Shown here piece after piece: positions 20,819-29,838 of a DNA stretch of 64,000 bases. Numbering within the stretch: the first letter of the stretch is position 1; the number at the start of each line of letters is the position of its first letter. The position numbers and the translations under genes are program-made. The notes under the pieces are model-generated. The model was given only the letters and a program-made list of their open reading frames with translations. It did no database searches and was not told the origin of the DNA. Source of the stretch: an uncultured Acidimicrobiia bacterium (GTDB lineage: Bacteria > Actinomycetota > Acidimicrobiia > IMCC26256 > JAENVU01); assembly GCA_963770095.1 (NCBI GenBank), contig CAVYOO010000003.1, forward strand, positions 432,681-496,680. The letters are read 5' to 3'.

Positions 20819-21423
20819 GCGGCCGGTTCGTCGTGCTCGAGGGTGGCGACGGGAGCGGGAAGAGCACCCAGCTCCCGCGCCTCGCCGAGTGGCTGCGGGG
20901 GCGGGGGCTCGAAGTCGTGATGACCCGGGAGCCGGGTGGCACTCCGCTCGGCCGGGCGCTTCGGTCGCTCGTGCTCGAGGGTGAGGACTCGATCGACCCG
21001 ATCGCCGAGGCGCTTCTCATGGCCGCGGATCGGGCCCAACACGTCGCCGAGGTGGTCCGACCGGCGCTGGCCCGGGGTGCGTGGGTGCTGAGCGACCGTC
21101 ACGTCCCGTCCTCGCTGGTGTACCAGGGGGTCGTCCGCGGGCTCGGCGTCGATGCGATCGAGCGGGTGAACGCATGGGCGACCGGTGAGCTCGCGCCGGA
21201 CCTGGTGATCGTGCTCGACGTCGGCGAATCGGTTGCCGCCGCCCGCCTCCCGGGGACGCCCGACCGGCTCGAGCGTGAGGGCGGCTCGTTTCACGCCGGC
21301 GTGCGCGCGGCGTACCGGGATCTGGCTGCGGACCGGGGTTGGTGCGTCATCGACGGCTCGGGCTCACCCGACGAGGTCGAGAGCCTTGTCACGGCCGCGG
21401 TGGCCGAACGTCTCGCCCCGTAG
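20815..21423 (+). CDS. tmk: dTMP (thymidylate) kinase
   Basis: GTG 20815 overlaps the MFS stop. VSGRFVVLEGGDGSGKSTQ P-loop and SDRHVPSSLVYQG. Confidence 0.9.
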   Translation: MSGRFVVLEGGDGSGKSTQLPRLAEWLRGRGLEVVMTREPGGTPLGRALRSLVLEGEDSIDPIAEALLMAADRAQHVAEVVRPALARGAWVLSDRHVPSSLVYQGVVRGLGVDAIERVNAWATGELAPDLVIVLDVGESVAAARLPGTPDRLEREGGSFHAGVRAAYRDLAADRGWCVIDGSGSPDEVESLVTAAVAERLAP

Positions 21424-21488
21424 GCTCGGATCTCCGGTTCACTCCGGCCTCCGCACTCTGTGCGCGCTCCGGCCTACGCTCGGCCGAC

Positions 21489-22565
21489 ATGTGGGAACAG
21501 GTGATCGGCCAGGACCGCGCGGTGGCAATGCTGCAGCGCGCTGCACAGCGGCCGGTCCACGCCTACCTGCTCGTCGGCCCCCGCGGTTCCGGCATCGAGA
21601 TCGCGGCGCGGTGCTTCGCCGCTTTGCTCATCGGCGCGGACGGCGACGAGCGCGTGCTGCGCGGCCGCCACCCCGACGTCGTCGAGTTCCGCCCCGTCGC
21701 GACGACGTACTCGGTCGAGCGCGACGTGCGAGATGCCATCCTCCCGGCGGTCCACGCGAGCCCGGTGGAGACCGAACGCAAGTGTGTGGTGCTGCTCGAG
21801 GCCGACCGGCTCAACCCGGAGTCGTCGAACACGTTGCTCAAGAGCATCGAAGAGCCCCCGCCCCGCACGATCATCATCCTCGTCGCCGAGTCCGCGGCCG
21901 AGCTGCTGGACACGATCCGATCGCGCACGCAGCAGATCGACTTCGGCGCCCTCGGAACGGAGGTCCTCCTTGCGGAGCTCGAACGGCGCGAGGTCCCGCA
22001 AGCACGCGCCCGGCTCGCCGCGGCGCTCGCGGGTGGCCGACTCGACCGCGCGGTCGCGTTGGCTGGTCCGCTCGCCGGCCTGCGCGACGCGTTCGTCGAC
22101 GTTCCCGCGCGGATCGACGGAACGGGTGCGACCGCGCTCGCGCTCGCCGAAGGACTCGGCGAGGTGGTGAAGGACACGCTCGCCGAGCTCGAGGCCGGCC
22201 AGACCATCGAGCTCGAAGAGCTCGAGGATGAGATCGAGCGCCGGGGTTACGCACCGCGGACGGCCACCGCGATGCGGAAGCGGATCACCGATCGGCAGCG
22301 CCGCGAGGGGCGGCGGGCTCGAGTCGATGCCGTGCTGGAGGGCATCACCGCGATCGAGTCGGTGTACCGCGACGCACTGTCGGACGGGGTGCCGTCGCTC
22401 AATCTCGATCGCGATCGACTGACCGTGAACCCCGCCGATGCGGCCGAGGCCCTCGACGCGTGCCGCGAGGCGCGGGCCGCCTTCGAGTTCAATCCCAGCG
22501 AAGGTCTGTTGCTCGAACGGCTGCTCCTGCACCTTCCGGCCGTCGCCGTGAGCGCGCCTCGATAA
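21489..22565 (+). CDS. holB: DNA polymerase III delta' subunit
   Basis: MWEQVIGQDRAVAMLQRAAQRPVHAYLLVGPRGSGIE..., NTLLKSIEEPP motif, and the canonical position after tmk. Confidence 0.85.
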   Translation: MWEQVIGQDRAVAMLQRAAQRPVHAYLLVGPRGSGIEIAARCFAALLIGADGDERVLRGRHPDVVEFRPVATTYSVERDVRDAILPAVHASPVETERKCVVLLEADRLNPESSNTLLKSIEEPPPRTIIILVAESAAELLDTIRSRTQQIDFGALGTEVLLAELERREVPQARARLAAALAGGRLDRAVALAGPLAGLRDAFVDVPARIDGTGATALALAEGLGEVVKDTLAELEAGQTIELEELEDEIERRGYAPRTATAMRKRITDRQRREGRRARVDAVLEGITAIESVYRDALSDGVPSLNLDRDRLTVNPADAAEALDACREARAAFEFNPSEGLLLERLLLHLPAVAVSAPR

Positions 22566-22580
22566 ACTGCCCCACCCCCC

Positions 22581-22653
22581 GCCGGGATAGCTCAGTCGGT
22601 AGAGCAGCTCACTCGTAATGAGCAGGTCAGGAGTTCGAATCTCCTTCCCGGCT
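22581..22653 (+). tRNA. tRNA-Thr (anticodon CGT)
   Basis: Hand-folded cloverleaf: acceptor GCCGGGA/TCCCGGC, D arm GCTC-AGTCGGTA-GAGC, anticodon arm GCTCA-CTCGTAA-TGAGC, T arm AGGAG-TTCGAAT-CTCCT. CCA is not encoded. Confidence 0.9.
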
Positions 22654-22869
22654 CCGCACGCAGGTCTGACGCGGGGCCTGTGGCCAGTCGACGGTTTCGG
22701 TCCGGTGTATGAGGTGATGTCCTCTCAGGCCTCGACCCAGGACGCGACGTGGCATGCACGGCACCATCTCGCTTGCATCGAAGCCGTCCGAAGCGAGGTG
22801 GCCCGCCGGGGTTGGACCGACTGAAGCGAGAGTGGCGGACACGATGGACACGCGGCTATCCACTATCGG

Positions 22870-24193
22870 GTGATCGAGCGCAGTGAGATCCGCTACGCGG
22901 TGGGCGGGCGAGCATCACATCGCGTATCGGGAATACGTCGGCGATACCTCGAGCGACGTCGAGATCGTCATGGTCAACGGGTTCTTCTTCCCGATGGAGT
23001 CACTGCCGGACGACCCGATCGCGAACCGGCTGCTGGAGGGCCTGGCCGGGCTCGGCCGCCTGATCGTGTTCGACCGTCGGGGGATTGCCCTCTCCGATCC
23101 GGTCACGGACTGGGAGACGCCGCTGCGCGAGCAGTGGGCGGACGACCTCGCCGCGGTCATCGTCGCGGCCGGTTGCGATCGCCCCGCCGTGTTCAGCTGG
23201 CACTTCGGCGCGGTCGCCCGGACATCTTCGGTCCGCCATCCAGAGCTGATCGGTCGGATGGTCCTCTGGAACCCGGGCGCGCCCGCCACCGACGACAGCG
23301 ACAGTGCGTGGCGTGCGGAGTTGGTGGAAATCCAGCGGCTTCTGCTGGCCGGGGAAGGGTCGGAATACGGCGACGCGTTCGCGGGCGGGCGGGCCGACGA
23401 TCCGGCGTTCCGGGAGTGGGTCGACGCGGCCGGCCGGGCGGGCGCGAGTCCGAGCCAGGCCGCCCGCCTGGGCGAGAAGGGCTTCTCGGATCCGGTGTTC
23501 GACAACACGACGGTGGCGACGCCGACCCTGGTCATCACGCGTGTGCCATCGGACTGGTTCGTTCCTGCGGAGATGTCGGAGCGGGCCGCACGCCAGATCC
23601 CCGGGGCCCGGCACGTGGCGTTGCCCCCTGGCGACGGATACGCGTTCGGGGTCGGGGTGGACGATGTCCTGGCCGAGATCTCCCGGTACCTCACCGGCGA
23701 CATCCGCCTCCCGGCCCCCGAACGCCAGATCGCGGTCATCCTCTTCACGGACCTGGTCGGTTCCACCAGCCGGGCCGAAGCGACCGGCGACGCCGGGTGG
23801 AAGCGGCTCCTCGACCGTCACGACGAGGTGAACCGGACCGCGGTGGGCCGCCGCGGCGGCGAGGTGATCAAGACGACCGGCGACGGCGTCCTCGCGCTTC
23901 TGCCGTCCGCGACGGCCGCAATCGAAGCGGCCCAGACGATCCGTGCACAGCTCGGCGACCAGGACCTCGAAGTGCGCGTCGGGATCCACGTGGGTGAGAT
24001 CGACCGCCGCGGCTCGGACGTGTCAGGCCTCGCGGTCAACGTTGCGGCCCGGATCATGGCCGAAGCCGAACCGGGGCAGATCCTCGTCAGCGAGATGGTG
24101 CGATACGCGACTGCGGCCGCGACGTTTGCCCCGCTCGGTTCCCGGAGTCTCAAGGGCGTCGACGGTGACCGGGAGCTCTTCGTCGTTCACTGA
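22870..24193 (+). CDS. Alpha/beta-hydrolase fused to a class III adenylate/guanylate cyclase domain (Rv1900c/LipJ-like); N-terminal frameshift as given
   Basis: C-terminal cyclase motifs ILFTDLVGST, VIKTTGDGVLALL, VRVGIHVGEI, GLAVNVAARI. The hydrolase N-terminus VIERSEIRYAVGG (GTG 22870) is one frame off from EHHIAYREYVGD... (ORF 22883-24193), switching near 22905-22910. Confidence 0.8.
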
Positions 24194-24224
24194 GCTGCGC
24201 GGCAGGCAGTCTGGCTCGCGGTGC

Positions 24225-24658
24225 TCAGCTCCAGGCTTCGAGCGGCGGCCATTCCTCGAACGCGTCCGCTGCCGGGCACCGGTGGGATCCAGTGGTGGCG
24301 GAGTCCGGTGTGGACGTCCATGGTGGGGATGAGGGAACTGGGGATCGACGAAGTTGCCGACGGCGATGCCGTAGATGCCGGGAAACTCGTCGATCGTCCA
24401 GTAGACGGTCGATCCGCAGGTCGCACAGAAGCGGTAGGCGATGCCGGGACCGACCCCGTCGATCTCGAGACCGTTGAAGGTGTGGGTCTCGCCCGAGATG
24501 TCGTCGACCTTGTCCGTCGGGAACCAGCACGAGACTTGGAAGACGCTCCCGGTTCTCTTCTGGCAGTTGTCGCAGTGGCAGGCGATCACCTTGATGGGCT
24601 CGCCGTGTGCCTTCAAGCTGACTCGACCGCATGCGCACCGCGCGACCCGATGGCTCAT
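24225..24658 (-). pseudogene. GFA (glutathione-dependent formaldehyde-activating / CENP-V-like) family protein, two frameshifts in the 3' third
   Basis: MSHRVARCACGRVSLKAHGEPIKVIACHCDNCQKRTGSVF...FCATCGSTVYW...GNFVDPQFP, then IPTMDVHTGLRHHWIP, then ADAFEEWPPLEAWS* in three different minus-strand frames (switches at about 24335 and about 24270). Confidence 0.7.
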
Positions 24659-24862
24659 CGGAGACTTCTTAGCGCCACCGCGCGGCGGGTAAAGCTCACG
24701 GAGCGGTGGGCGAAGCATTCGAGAGCTCCTTGCCACGCTCCTCAGGCGTCGATCCCGACCGTATCCGGCGACTCTGCCCGACCTCCTCAGCATCGGGGTC
24801 CGAGTGACCGGGCCGAAGCGCAGTGCGAAGGTCCGGTTCTACACTTCCGACCGGAGGGGGCG

Positions 24863-25210
24863 ATGAGACCCGGCGCGCTGATTGTGATTCTGCTCCTGGC
24901 GGGATACGTCGTCGCGCTGCCTGCACTCCTGTTCGGCCTGCACGATCTCTCCCGGATCCCCGGGGGAGTCTGGCGCCATGCGGCCCAGCGGCCGCGCGAA
25001 CAGTGGCGCTTCGGGATGATCAGTGCCTACGCACTCGCGGGATGGCCCGCGATCGCGTCGGTGATCGTCTGGCGGTTGAGTCGGGAACGCGCGGACCTCC
25101 TCGACGAGTGGGTTGTGCTCAGCGAGCGAAAGCGCGCCGCGTGCCGGCGTGCCGCGCCTCCACGAGCGGCCGCGGAACCGTCCCGGCGAATCGGGCGGGC
25201 CGACGCGTAG
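24863..25210 (+). CDS. Small two-TM membrane protein (hypothetical)
   Basis: GGAGGGGG Shine-Dalgarno before ATG 24863. The layout is TM1, LHDLSRIPGGVWRHAAQRPREQW, TM2 (GWPAI), then a basic tail. Confidence 0.55.
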   Translation: MRPGALIVILLLAGYVVALPALLFGLHDLSRIPGGVWRHAAQRPREQWRFGMISAYALAGWPAIASVIVWRLSRERADLLDEWVVLSERKRAACRRAAPPRAAAEPSRRIGRADA

Positions 25211-25219
25211 GGTTTGGGC

Positions 25220-25504
25220 ATGACCCAGATCCTCCGGATCGAGCTGCTCATCGGCATCGTGGTCCTGGGGTACATCGCCGGACTGCCCTTCCTGCTCTGG
25301 GGCATCAAGGACGCGCGCACCATCTCGCGGCGGGTCTGGGCGGCCGTGGGACTGCGTCGCAGCCGCTGGGAGCACAAGATGATTCTCGGCTACCTCGTGA
25401 CCGGTTGGCCCGCGATCCCCCTTGTGTGGTCGTGGCGCCGGGGTCGGCTGCGCCACGAGCTGCATCGCGAGCGGGCCGCGGAGCGGGAGCGTGGCCGCTA
25501 CTGA
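25220..25504 (+). CDS. Small two-TM membrane protein, tandem paralog of 24863-25210
   Basis: Collinear similarity: GYIAGLPFLLWGIKDARTISRRVWAAVGLRRSRWEHKMILGYLVTGWPAI against GYVVALPALLFGLHDLSRIPGGVWRHAAQRPREQWRFGMISAYALAGWPAI. Confidence 0.55.
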   Translation: MTQILRIELLIGIVVLGYIAGLPFLLWGIKDARTISRRVWAAVGLRRSRWEHKMILGYLVTGWPAIPLVWSWRRGRLRHELHRERAAERERGRY

Positions 25505-25674
25505 CCCGGGGCGCGGTGGGCGAGCTCCCAGCCGTACCAGAACAAGAACGCGAACACCGCGAGCACGACGACCTTGGGTCCGCCGAGCCCGTCCTGGATC
25601 GTCGACAGCGCCTCGGCGACGAGGCCGATCAGGGACGCCACGACCAGGACGACGCCCCGGCTGCGCTCCCGCAT
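25498..25674 (-). CDS. Possible 58 aa two-TM protein (hypothetical)
   Basis: Below the ORF-track cut-off. MRERSRGVVLVVASLIGLVAEALSTIQDGLGGPKVVVLAVFAFLFWYGWELAHRAPGQ*, with high GC3 and a purine-rich stretch (GGAGGGAAGGGGCGAGGAG) upstream. Confidence 0.4.
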   Translation of the reverse strand: MRERSRGVVLVVASLIGLVAEALSTIQDGLGGPKVVVLAVFAFLFWYGWELAHRAPGQ

Positions 25675-25821
25675 CTCCTCGCCCCTTCCCTCCGGCGGCC
25701 GCTCGTTCAGGACCGCGGTGACGGTAGTGCCGGCCCCGGTGGGGTTTGGCTCAACCCGGGGCGATCCGCTGCCGATGATGGCGGAGCGCGGCTGGGTCTA
25801 TTTGAGAGGAACCTCCGAATA

Positions 25822-25941
25822 ATGGGACTCATTCAGATTGTCGGGATCATTGCCATCATCGGGCTCATCGCCGTCCTCGTTGTGATGCGCAAGAAGGACG
25901 CGCAGGGCGCCAGGACGACGAAGTCGTCCAGTCGGATCTGA
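25822..25941 (+). CDS. Possible 39 aa single-TM protein (hypothetical)
   Basis: GAGAGGA Shine-Dalgarno 11 nt before ATG 25822. MGLIQIVGIIAIIGLIAVLVVMRKKDAQGARTTKSSSRI*. Confidence 0.5.
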   Translation: MGLIQIVGIIAIIGLIAVLVVMRKKDAQGARTTKSSSRI

Positions 25942-26037
25942 GCCGTCGGCGCGGCGCGATCAGCGCCGCTCGGTTCCCGAGTCTGGGCGCGTCGCGCCGA
26001 CCGGTCAGGTTCCGAGAACCCGGGGTAACCTCCGGCC

Positions 26038-26619
26038 ATGGCCGATCAGGCGCAGTTCGCTGAGCTCGCGATGCCGTTCATGTCGGCGTTGTACTCGGCT
26101 GCGCTGCGCATGACGCGCAATCCGACCGATGCCGAAGACCTCGTCCAGGAGACGTATCTCCGGGCGTACCGGGGGTTTCCGGGCTTCAAGGAGGGCACGA
26201 ACCTCAAAGCCTGGCTGTACAAGATCCTCACGAACACGTACATCAACTCGTACCGGGCCAAGAAGCGTCGCCCCGAGCAGGTCGAGCTCGACGACGTCGA
26301 GGATTTCTACCTCTACAAGCGCATCGGCGGGCTCGAAGCGGTCGAAGCAGACAAGGGACCCGAGGCCGAGGTCCTCGACTCCATTCCCGACGAGACGGTC
26401 AAGAAGGCGCTCGAGGACCTGCCCGAGCAGTTCCGGATCGCCGTCCTGCTCGCTGACGTCGAAGGTTTCTCCTACAAGGAGATCGCCGAGATCATGGATG
26501 TTCCGATCGGTACGGTCATGAGCCGGCTGCATCGGGGAAGAAAGCAGTTGCAGAAGCGGTTGTGGGATTTGGCCGAGGAACGTGGTCTCGTCCCGAGTGG
26601 TTCTTCTTCAGGGGGATAG
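26038..26619 (+). CDS. sigH: ECF sigma factor, SigH/SigR type
   Basis: [44 protein letters not shown] and [33 protein letters not shown] are close to mycobacterial SigH. Followed by a ZAS anti-sigma gene. Confidence 0.9.
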   Translation: MADQAQFAELAMPFMSALYSAALRMTRNPTDAEDLVQETYLRAYRGFPGFKEGTNLKAWLYKILTNTYINSYRAKKRRPEQVELDDVEDFYLYKRIGGLEAVEADKGPEAEVLDSIPDETVKKALEDLPEQFRIAVLLADVEGFSYKEIAEIMDVPIGTVMSRLHRGRKQLQKRLWDLAEERGLVPSGSSSGG

Positions 26620-26635
26620 GTCGGGGGATCGACGG

Positions 26636-26857
26636 ATGGATTGCGAAGGCGCGGTACCCCGCGTATATCACTACCTCGATGGTGAGCTGACGGTCTGGAA
26701 GCGCCGGGCCATCACCCGCCATCTGGACGAGTGCCCGCCCTGTGCCCAGGGCTTCCACTTCGAGATCGAGATCCGCCGGGTCGTCGCGACCCGCTGTCGC
26801 GACGAGGCCCCCGAGGAGCTCCGGCGCCGCATTCGCGACGCCCTCGGCGAGGAGTAG
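26636..26857 (+). CDS. rshA: ZAS-family anti-sigma factor (RshA/RsrA-like)
   Basis: ATG 26636; HLDECPPC (HxxxCxxC) zinc/redox motif plus an upstream Cys; located directly after sigH. Confidence 0.85.
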   Translation: MDCEGAVPRVYHYLDGELTVWKRRAITRHLDECPPCAQGFHFEIEIRRVVATRCRDEAPEELRRRIRDALGEE

Positions 26858-26957
26858 ATCCCGGCCGGGACCGGCCGCTTTGCGGCGAGTTCACGCGGTC
26901 CGGAACCACCGCCCTACGATGCACGGGTCGTCCGTTGAGCCGGTGTGGGGAGCCCAG

Positions 26958-27191
26958 GTGAAGAGCGCGATTTCAAAGGCCGCAGCGATCGTGTCCATGG
27001 CGCTGGCCATGGTGGCGTTCACCGCGTCACCCGCAGTCGCGAGCACGGGCGCCACGCTCGGGGACGCCCAGCCCTGGCACTACTGGATCGCCTGGGTCCT
27101 CATGCTCAGCGCCCTCGGCGTCGTGCTGATCGCGCTGCCGGTCGGGTACTACATGCGCGTCTACCGCCTGAAGCACCCACGCTCGAAGTAG
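26958..27191 (+). CDS. Small secreted/membrane-anchored protein (hypothetical)
   Basis: GTG 26958 with GGGGAG upstream. Signal-like N-terminus AIVSMALAMVAFTASPAVAS and C-terminal TM WIAWVLMLSALGVVLIALPVGYY. Confidence 0.5.
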   Translation: MKSAISKAAAIVSMALAMVAFTASPAVASTGATLGDAQPWHYWIAWVLMLSALGVVLIALPVGYYMRVYRLKHPRSK

Positions 27192-27195
27192 CGCC

Positions 27196-28296
27196 TTGAC
27201 CTCGACCCCCGCGCGGACGAGCACCACCCCGGAGCCGGTCGACTGGGGTCTCGCCGAACGGGTGGCCCGCCGCATCGCCGGCAAGGAGCCGATCGCCAGC
27301 TCCTACCTCGGAGTCTCGTTGCAGCGGGACTTCGCCCAGGTGACGGTGGAAGCCGAAGCTGCAGTCACCGAGCTCACCGGCCTGCGCCCGCCCACACCGG
27401 CGGTCGCGACAGTCCTGGACCGGACCGGCTGGGTAGGTGCGAACCTCGCGTCGATGCGCAGCCTCCTCGCGCCCTTCAGCGACCGGGTGGGCGCGCGGAT
27501 GGCATCAAGCCCGGTGGCCCCGGTCGGTCGGCGCATCGCGGGAGCCGAGCTCGGCTTCCTCCTCGGCTACGTCGCCCAACGGGTCCTCGGCCAGTACGAC
27601 CTCCTCGTCCCGGAGGATTCGTCGCTCGCGGTCTCGGACGACGCGGTCTACTACGTGGGCCCGAACGTCTTGAACCTCGAGAAGCGGTTCGCGTTCCGAC
27701 CCCGCGACTTCCGGCTCTGGATCGCGTTGCACGAGCTGACCCACCGAGCGCAGTTCACGGGGGTTCCCTGGCTCCGCCCGTACTTCCTCAGCCTGGTGGG
27801 GGAGCTCGTCGGCGGCATGGAGCCGGACCCGCGGCGCATGCTCGGGGCCGTGGTGCACGCGGTTGACGAGATGCGCCAGGGTCGCAATCCCATCGACGAG
27901 GGCGGCGTGGTCTCGCTCTTCGCGTCGGCCGAGCAGCGCGAGACGCTGGCCCGGGTGCAGGCGCTCATGTCGCTGCTGGAGGGGCACGGCAACGCGGTGA
28001 TGAACCGGCTCGGGGTCGAGCTGGTCGAAGGCCAGGCGCGCATGGCGCGCGTGCTCCAGGCCCGGCGCAACGCGCGGGGCGCCACGGCGATCATGCAACG
28101 GCTCCTCGGGCTCGAGCTGAAGATGAAGCAGTACGAGGTCGGTGAGGCGTTCGTGGACGCAGTCGAGCGGGAAGCGGGGTTCCCGGCAATCGACGCGGCG
28201 TGGCAGAGCCCCGAGATGCTTCCGACCCTGGACGAGCTGTCGAACCCGCGGGCCTGGCTCACCCACGTCGACGGCGCGACGCTCGCGACGCGCTAG
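27196..28296 (+). CDS. Zinc-dependent metalloprotease, DUF2342 family (Rv3626c-like)
   Basis: Intact 366 aa ORF. HELTH motif (WIALHELTHRAQF) and the conserved position immediately upstream of tilS. Confidence 0.8.
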   Translation: MTSTPARTSTTPEPVDWGLAERVARRIAGKEPIASSYLGVSLQRDFAQVTVEAEAAVTELTGLRPPTPAVATVLDRTGWVGANLASMRSLLAPFSDRVGARMASSPVAPVGRRIAGAELGFLLGYVAQRVLGQYDLLVPEDSSLAVSDDAVYYVGPNVLNLEKRFAFRPRDFRLWIALHELTHRAQFTGVPWLRPYFLSLVGELVGGMEPDPRRMLGAVVHAVDEMRQGRNPIDEGGVVSLFASAEQRETLARVQALMSLLEGHGNAVMNRLGVELVEGQARMARVLQARRNARGATAIMQRLLGLELKMKQYEVGEAFVDAVEREAGFPAIDAAWQSPEMLPTLDELSNPRAWLTHVDGATLATR

Positions 28297-28304
28297 GAGT
28301 GCCG

Positions 28305-29217
28305 ATGCCGGCGCAGGGCTGCGAAGGCGTCGAGCTCGAGGGGCTCGTTGCCCCGGTCATCGTCGCGTGCTCGGGTGGTGCGGACTCGCTCGCGCTCCTG
28401 ATCATCGCGGCCGAGGCGGGGCTCCGCCCGATCGCGGTGCACGTCGATCACGGGCTCCGTCCGGAGAGCGCGGGCGAGGCGGACGTCGTGCGCGACGCGG
28501 CCTCCCGGCTCGGCGTCGAGGCGCGCTGCGTCGCGGTGGACGTTGCGCCGGGTGGGAACCTCGAAGCGCGCGCCCGGGATGCCCGCTACGGCGCGCTCGA
28601 GGCCGTTCGCGTCGAGCACCGGGGCACCGCCGTGCTGATCGCGCACACCGCCGACGACCAGGCGGAGACGGTGCTCCTCAACCTGTTGCGCGGGAGTGGC
28701 GCGAGCGGCCTTGCGGGCATGCCCGTACGTCGCGGTCACTTGGTTCGCCCGCTGCTGGGAGTGCGCCGAGCCGATGTGCGCGCGGTGTGCGCGGCGCGCG
28801 GGTCTCGAACCCGTCGAGGATCCGACGAACGAGGACCGGATCCACCGGCGCAACTGGGTCCGCCTCGACGCGCTGCCCGCGCTCTGCGACGGCGCACGGA
28901 GGGATCTGGTGCCGGTGCTCAACCGTCAGGCGGCCGTGTTGCGCGCCGAAGCGGACCTCCTCGACGAGCTGGCTGACGCGCTTCTTGCGGAAGCGGGAGG
29001 TGAGGAGCCGTCGGCCCGCGCGCTGGCGGCGGCCCATCCGGCGTTGGCGCGTCGAGCCGTCCGGCGCTGGCTCGGAGTGCCACCGCCTTCGCTCGCCGAG
29101 GTCGAGCGCGTCCTCGCCGTGGCGCGGTGTGAGCGCAAGGCCGCGCAGCTCTCGCGGGGGCGCCGGGTCTGGCGGGAGGCCGGGGTGCTGCATCAGGCGG
29201 TACCGTGGCAGCCGTGA
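28305..29217 (+). CDS. tilS: tRNA(Ile)-lysidine synthetase, one frameshift as given
   Basis: VIVACSGGADSLAL PP-loop and AHTADDQAETVLLNLLRGSG in ORF 28200-28976. It continues as LEPVEDPTNEDRIHRRNWVR... in ORF 28696-29217, switching at about 28803 (extra t in ggg-t-ctcgaa). Confidence 0.85.
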
Positions 29218-29750
29218 CGGACCCGGCGTTGGGCAAGATCGTGGTGCCCGCGGAGGAGCTTCGCGAGCGCATCCTCGGGCTGGGCAAGGAGATCACCGCC
29301 GACTACGCCGGCCGTCCTCCGTTGCTCGTCGGCGTCCTCAAGGGCGCGTTCATGTTCATGAGCGACCTCGCCCGTGCCATCGATCTGCCCGTTGAGTTCG
29401 ACTTCATGGCAGTGTCGTCGTACGGATCCGCGACGCGCACGAGCGGCGTCGTACGGATCATCAAGGATCTGGATCTGGACCTGACCGATCGCCACGTCCT
29501 GATCGTCGAGGACATCGTCGACTCCGGCCTCACGCTCGCGTACCTGCGTCGAAATCTCGCGGCGCGCCACCCGGCGTCACTCGAGATCGTCGCGCTCCTG
29601 GTGAAGGACGGCCTGCAGAAGTCGGATCTCGACATCAAGTACGTCGGCTTGCAGATCTCGCCGGCGTTCGTCGTGGGCTACGGCCTCGACGTCGCGGAGC
29701 GCTATCGCAACCTGCCCGATGTCGTGGAGTACAACGGCAAGGCGGAGTAG
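29205..29750 (+). CDS. hpt: Hypoxanthine phosphoribosyltransferase
   Basis: [21 protein letters not shown]-binding motif and [17 protein letters not shown]. Start is GTG 29205 or 29214, overlapping the tilS stop. Confidence 0.9.
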   Translation: MAAVTDPALGKIVVPAEELRERILGLGKEITADYAGRPPLLVGVLKGAFMFMSDLARAIDLPVEFDFMAVSSYGSATRTSGVVRIIKDLDLDLTDRHVLIVEDIVDSGLTLAYLRRNLAARHPASLEIVALLVKDGLQKSDLDIKYVGLQISPAFVVGYGLDVAERYRNLPDVVEYNGKAE

Positions 29751-29838
29751 TCCGCGGCCCCTGCGGGCCCGGCATTGTCGGGACGCGGAATGGCCCGGGT
29801 AACCTGGGCTGCCCGATCGCCTGGCCCATCCGGAACCC

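Noticed and set aside
19348-21423. A 691-aa plus-strand ORF spanning the MFS gene and tmk.
   Set aside because: Only its last 200 or so residues (from GTG 20815) are real, and they are thymidylate kinase. The upstream part is an out-of-frame read-through of the MFS transporter gene.
22618-22824. A 68-aa ORF starting inside tRNA-Thr and running into the downstream spacer.
   Set aside because: It overlaps the tRNA and has no ribosome-binding site, no motif and poor codon bias. I treat the spacer as non-coding.
24193-24235. An imperfect inverted repeat (GAGCTGCGCG ... CGCGGTGCTC) between the cyclase gene and the GFA gene as a terminator.
   Set aside because: There are two mismatches in a 10-bp stem, and it overlaps the GFA coding end. 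The support is insufficient.
22654-25950. An integrated mobile element at tRNA-Thr.
   Set aside because: No integrase, excisionase or transposase ORF, no direct repeat of the tRNA 3' end found by eye, and no phage-like genes. Kept only as a low-interest 'islet' observation.
25942-26037. An autoregulatory SigH/SigR-type promoter (GGAAT/GGAAC-N17-19-GTT) upstream of sigH.
   Set aside because: I could not find a GGAA-N17-19-GTT arrangement on the plus strand in this spacer or just upstream of the 25822 mini-ORF. It may lie elsewhere or deviate from the consensus.
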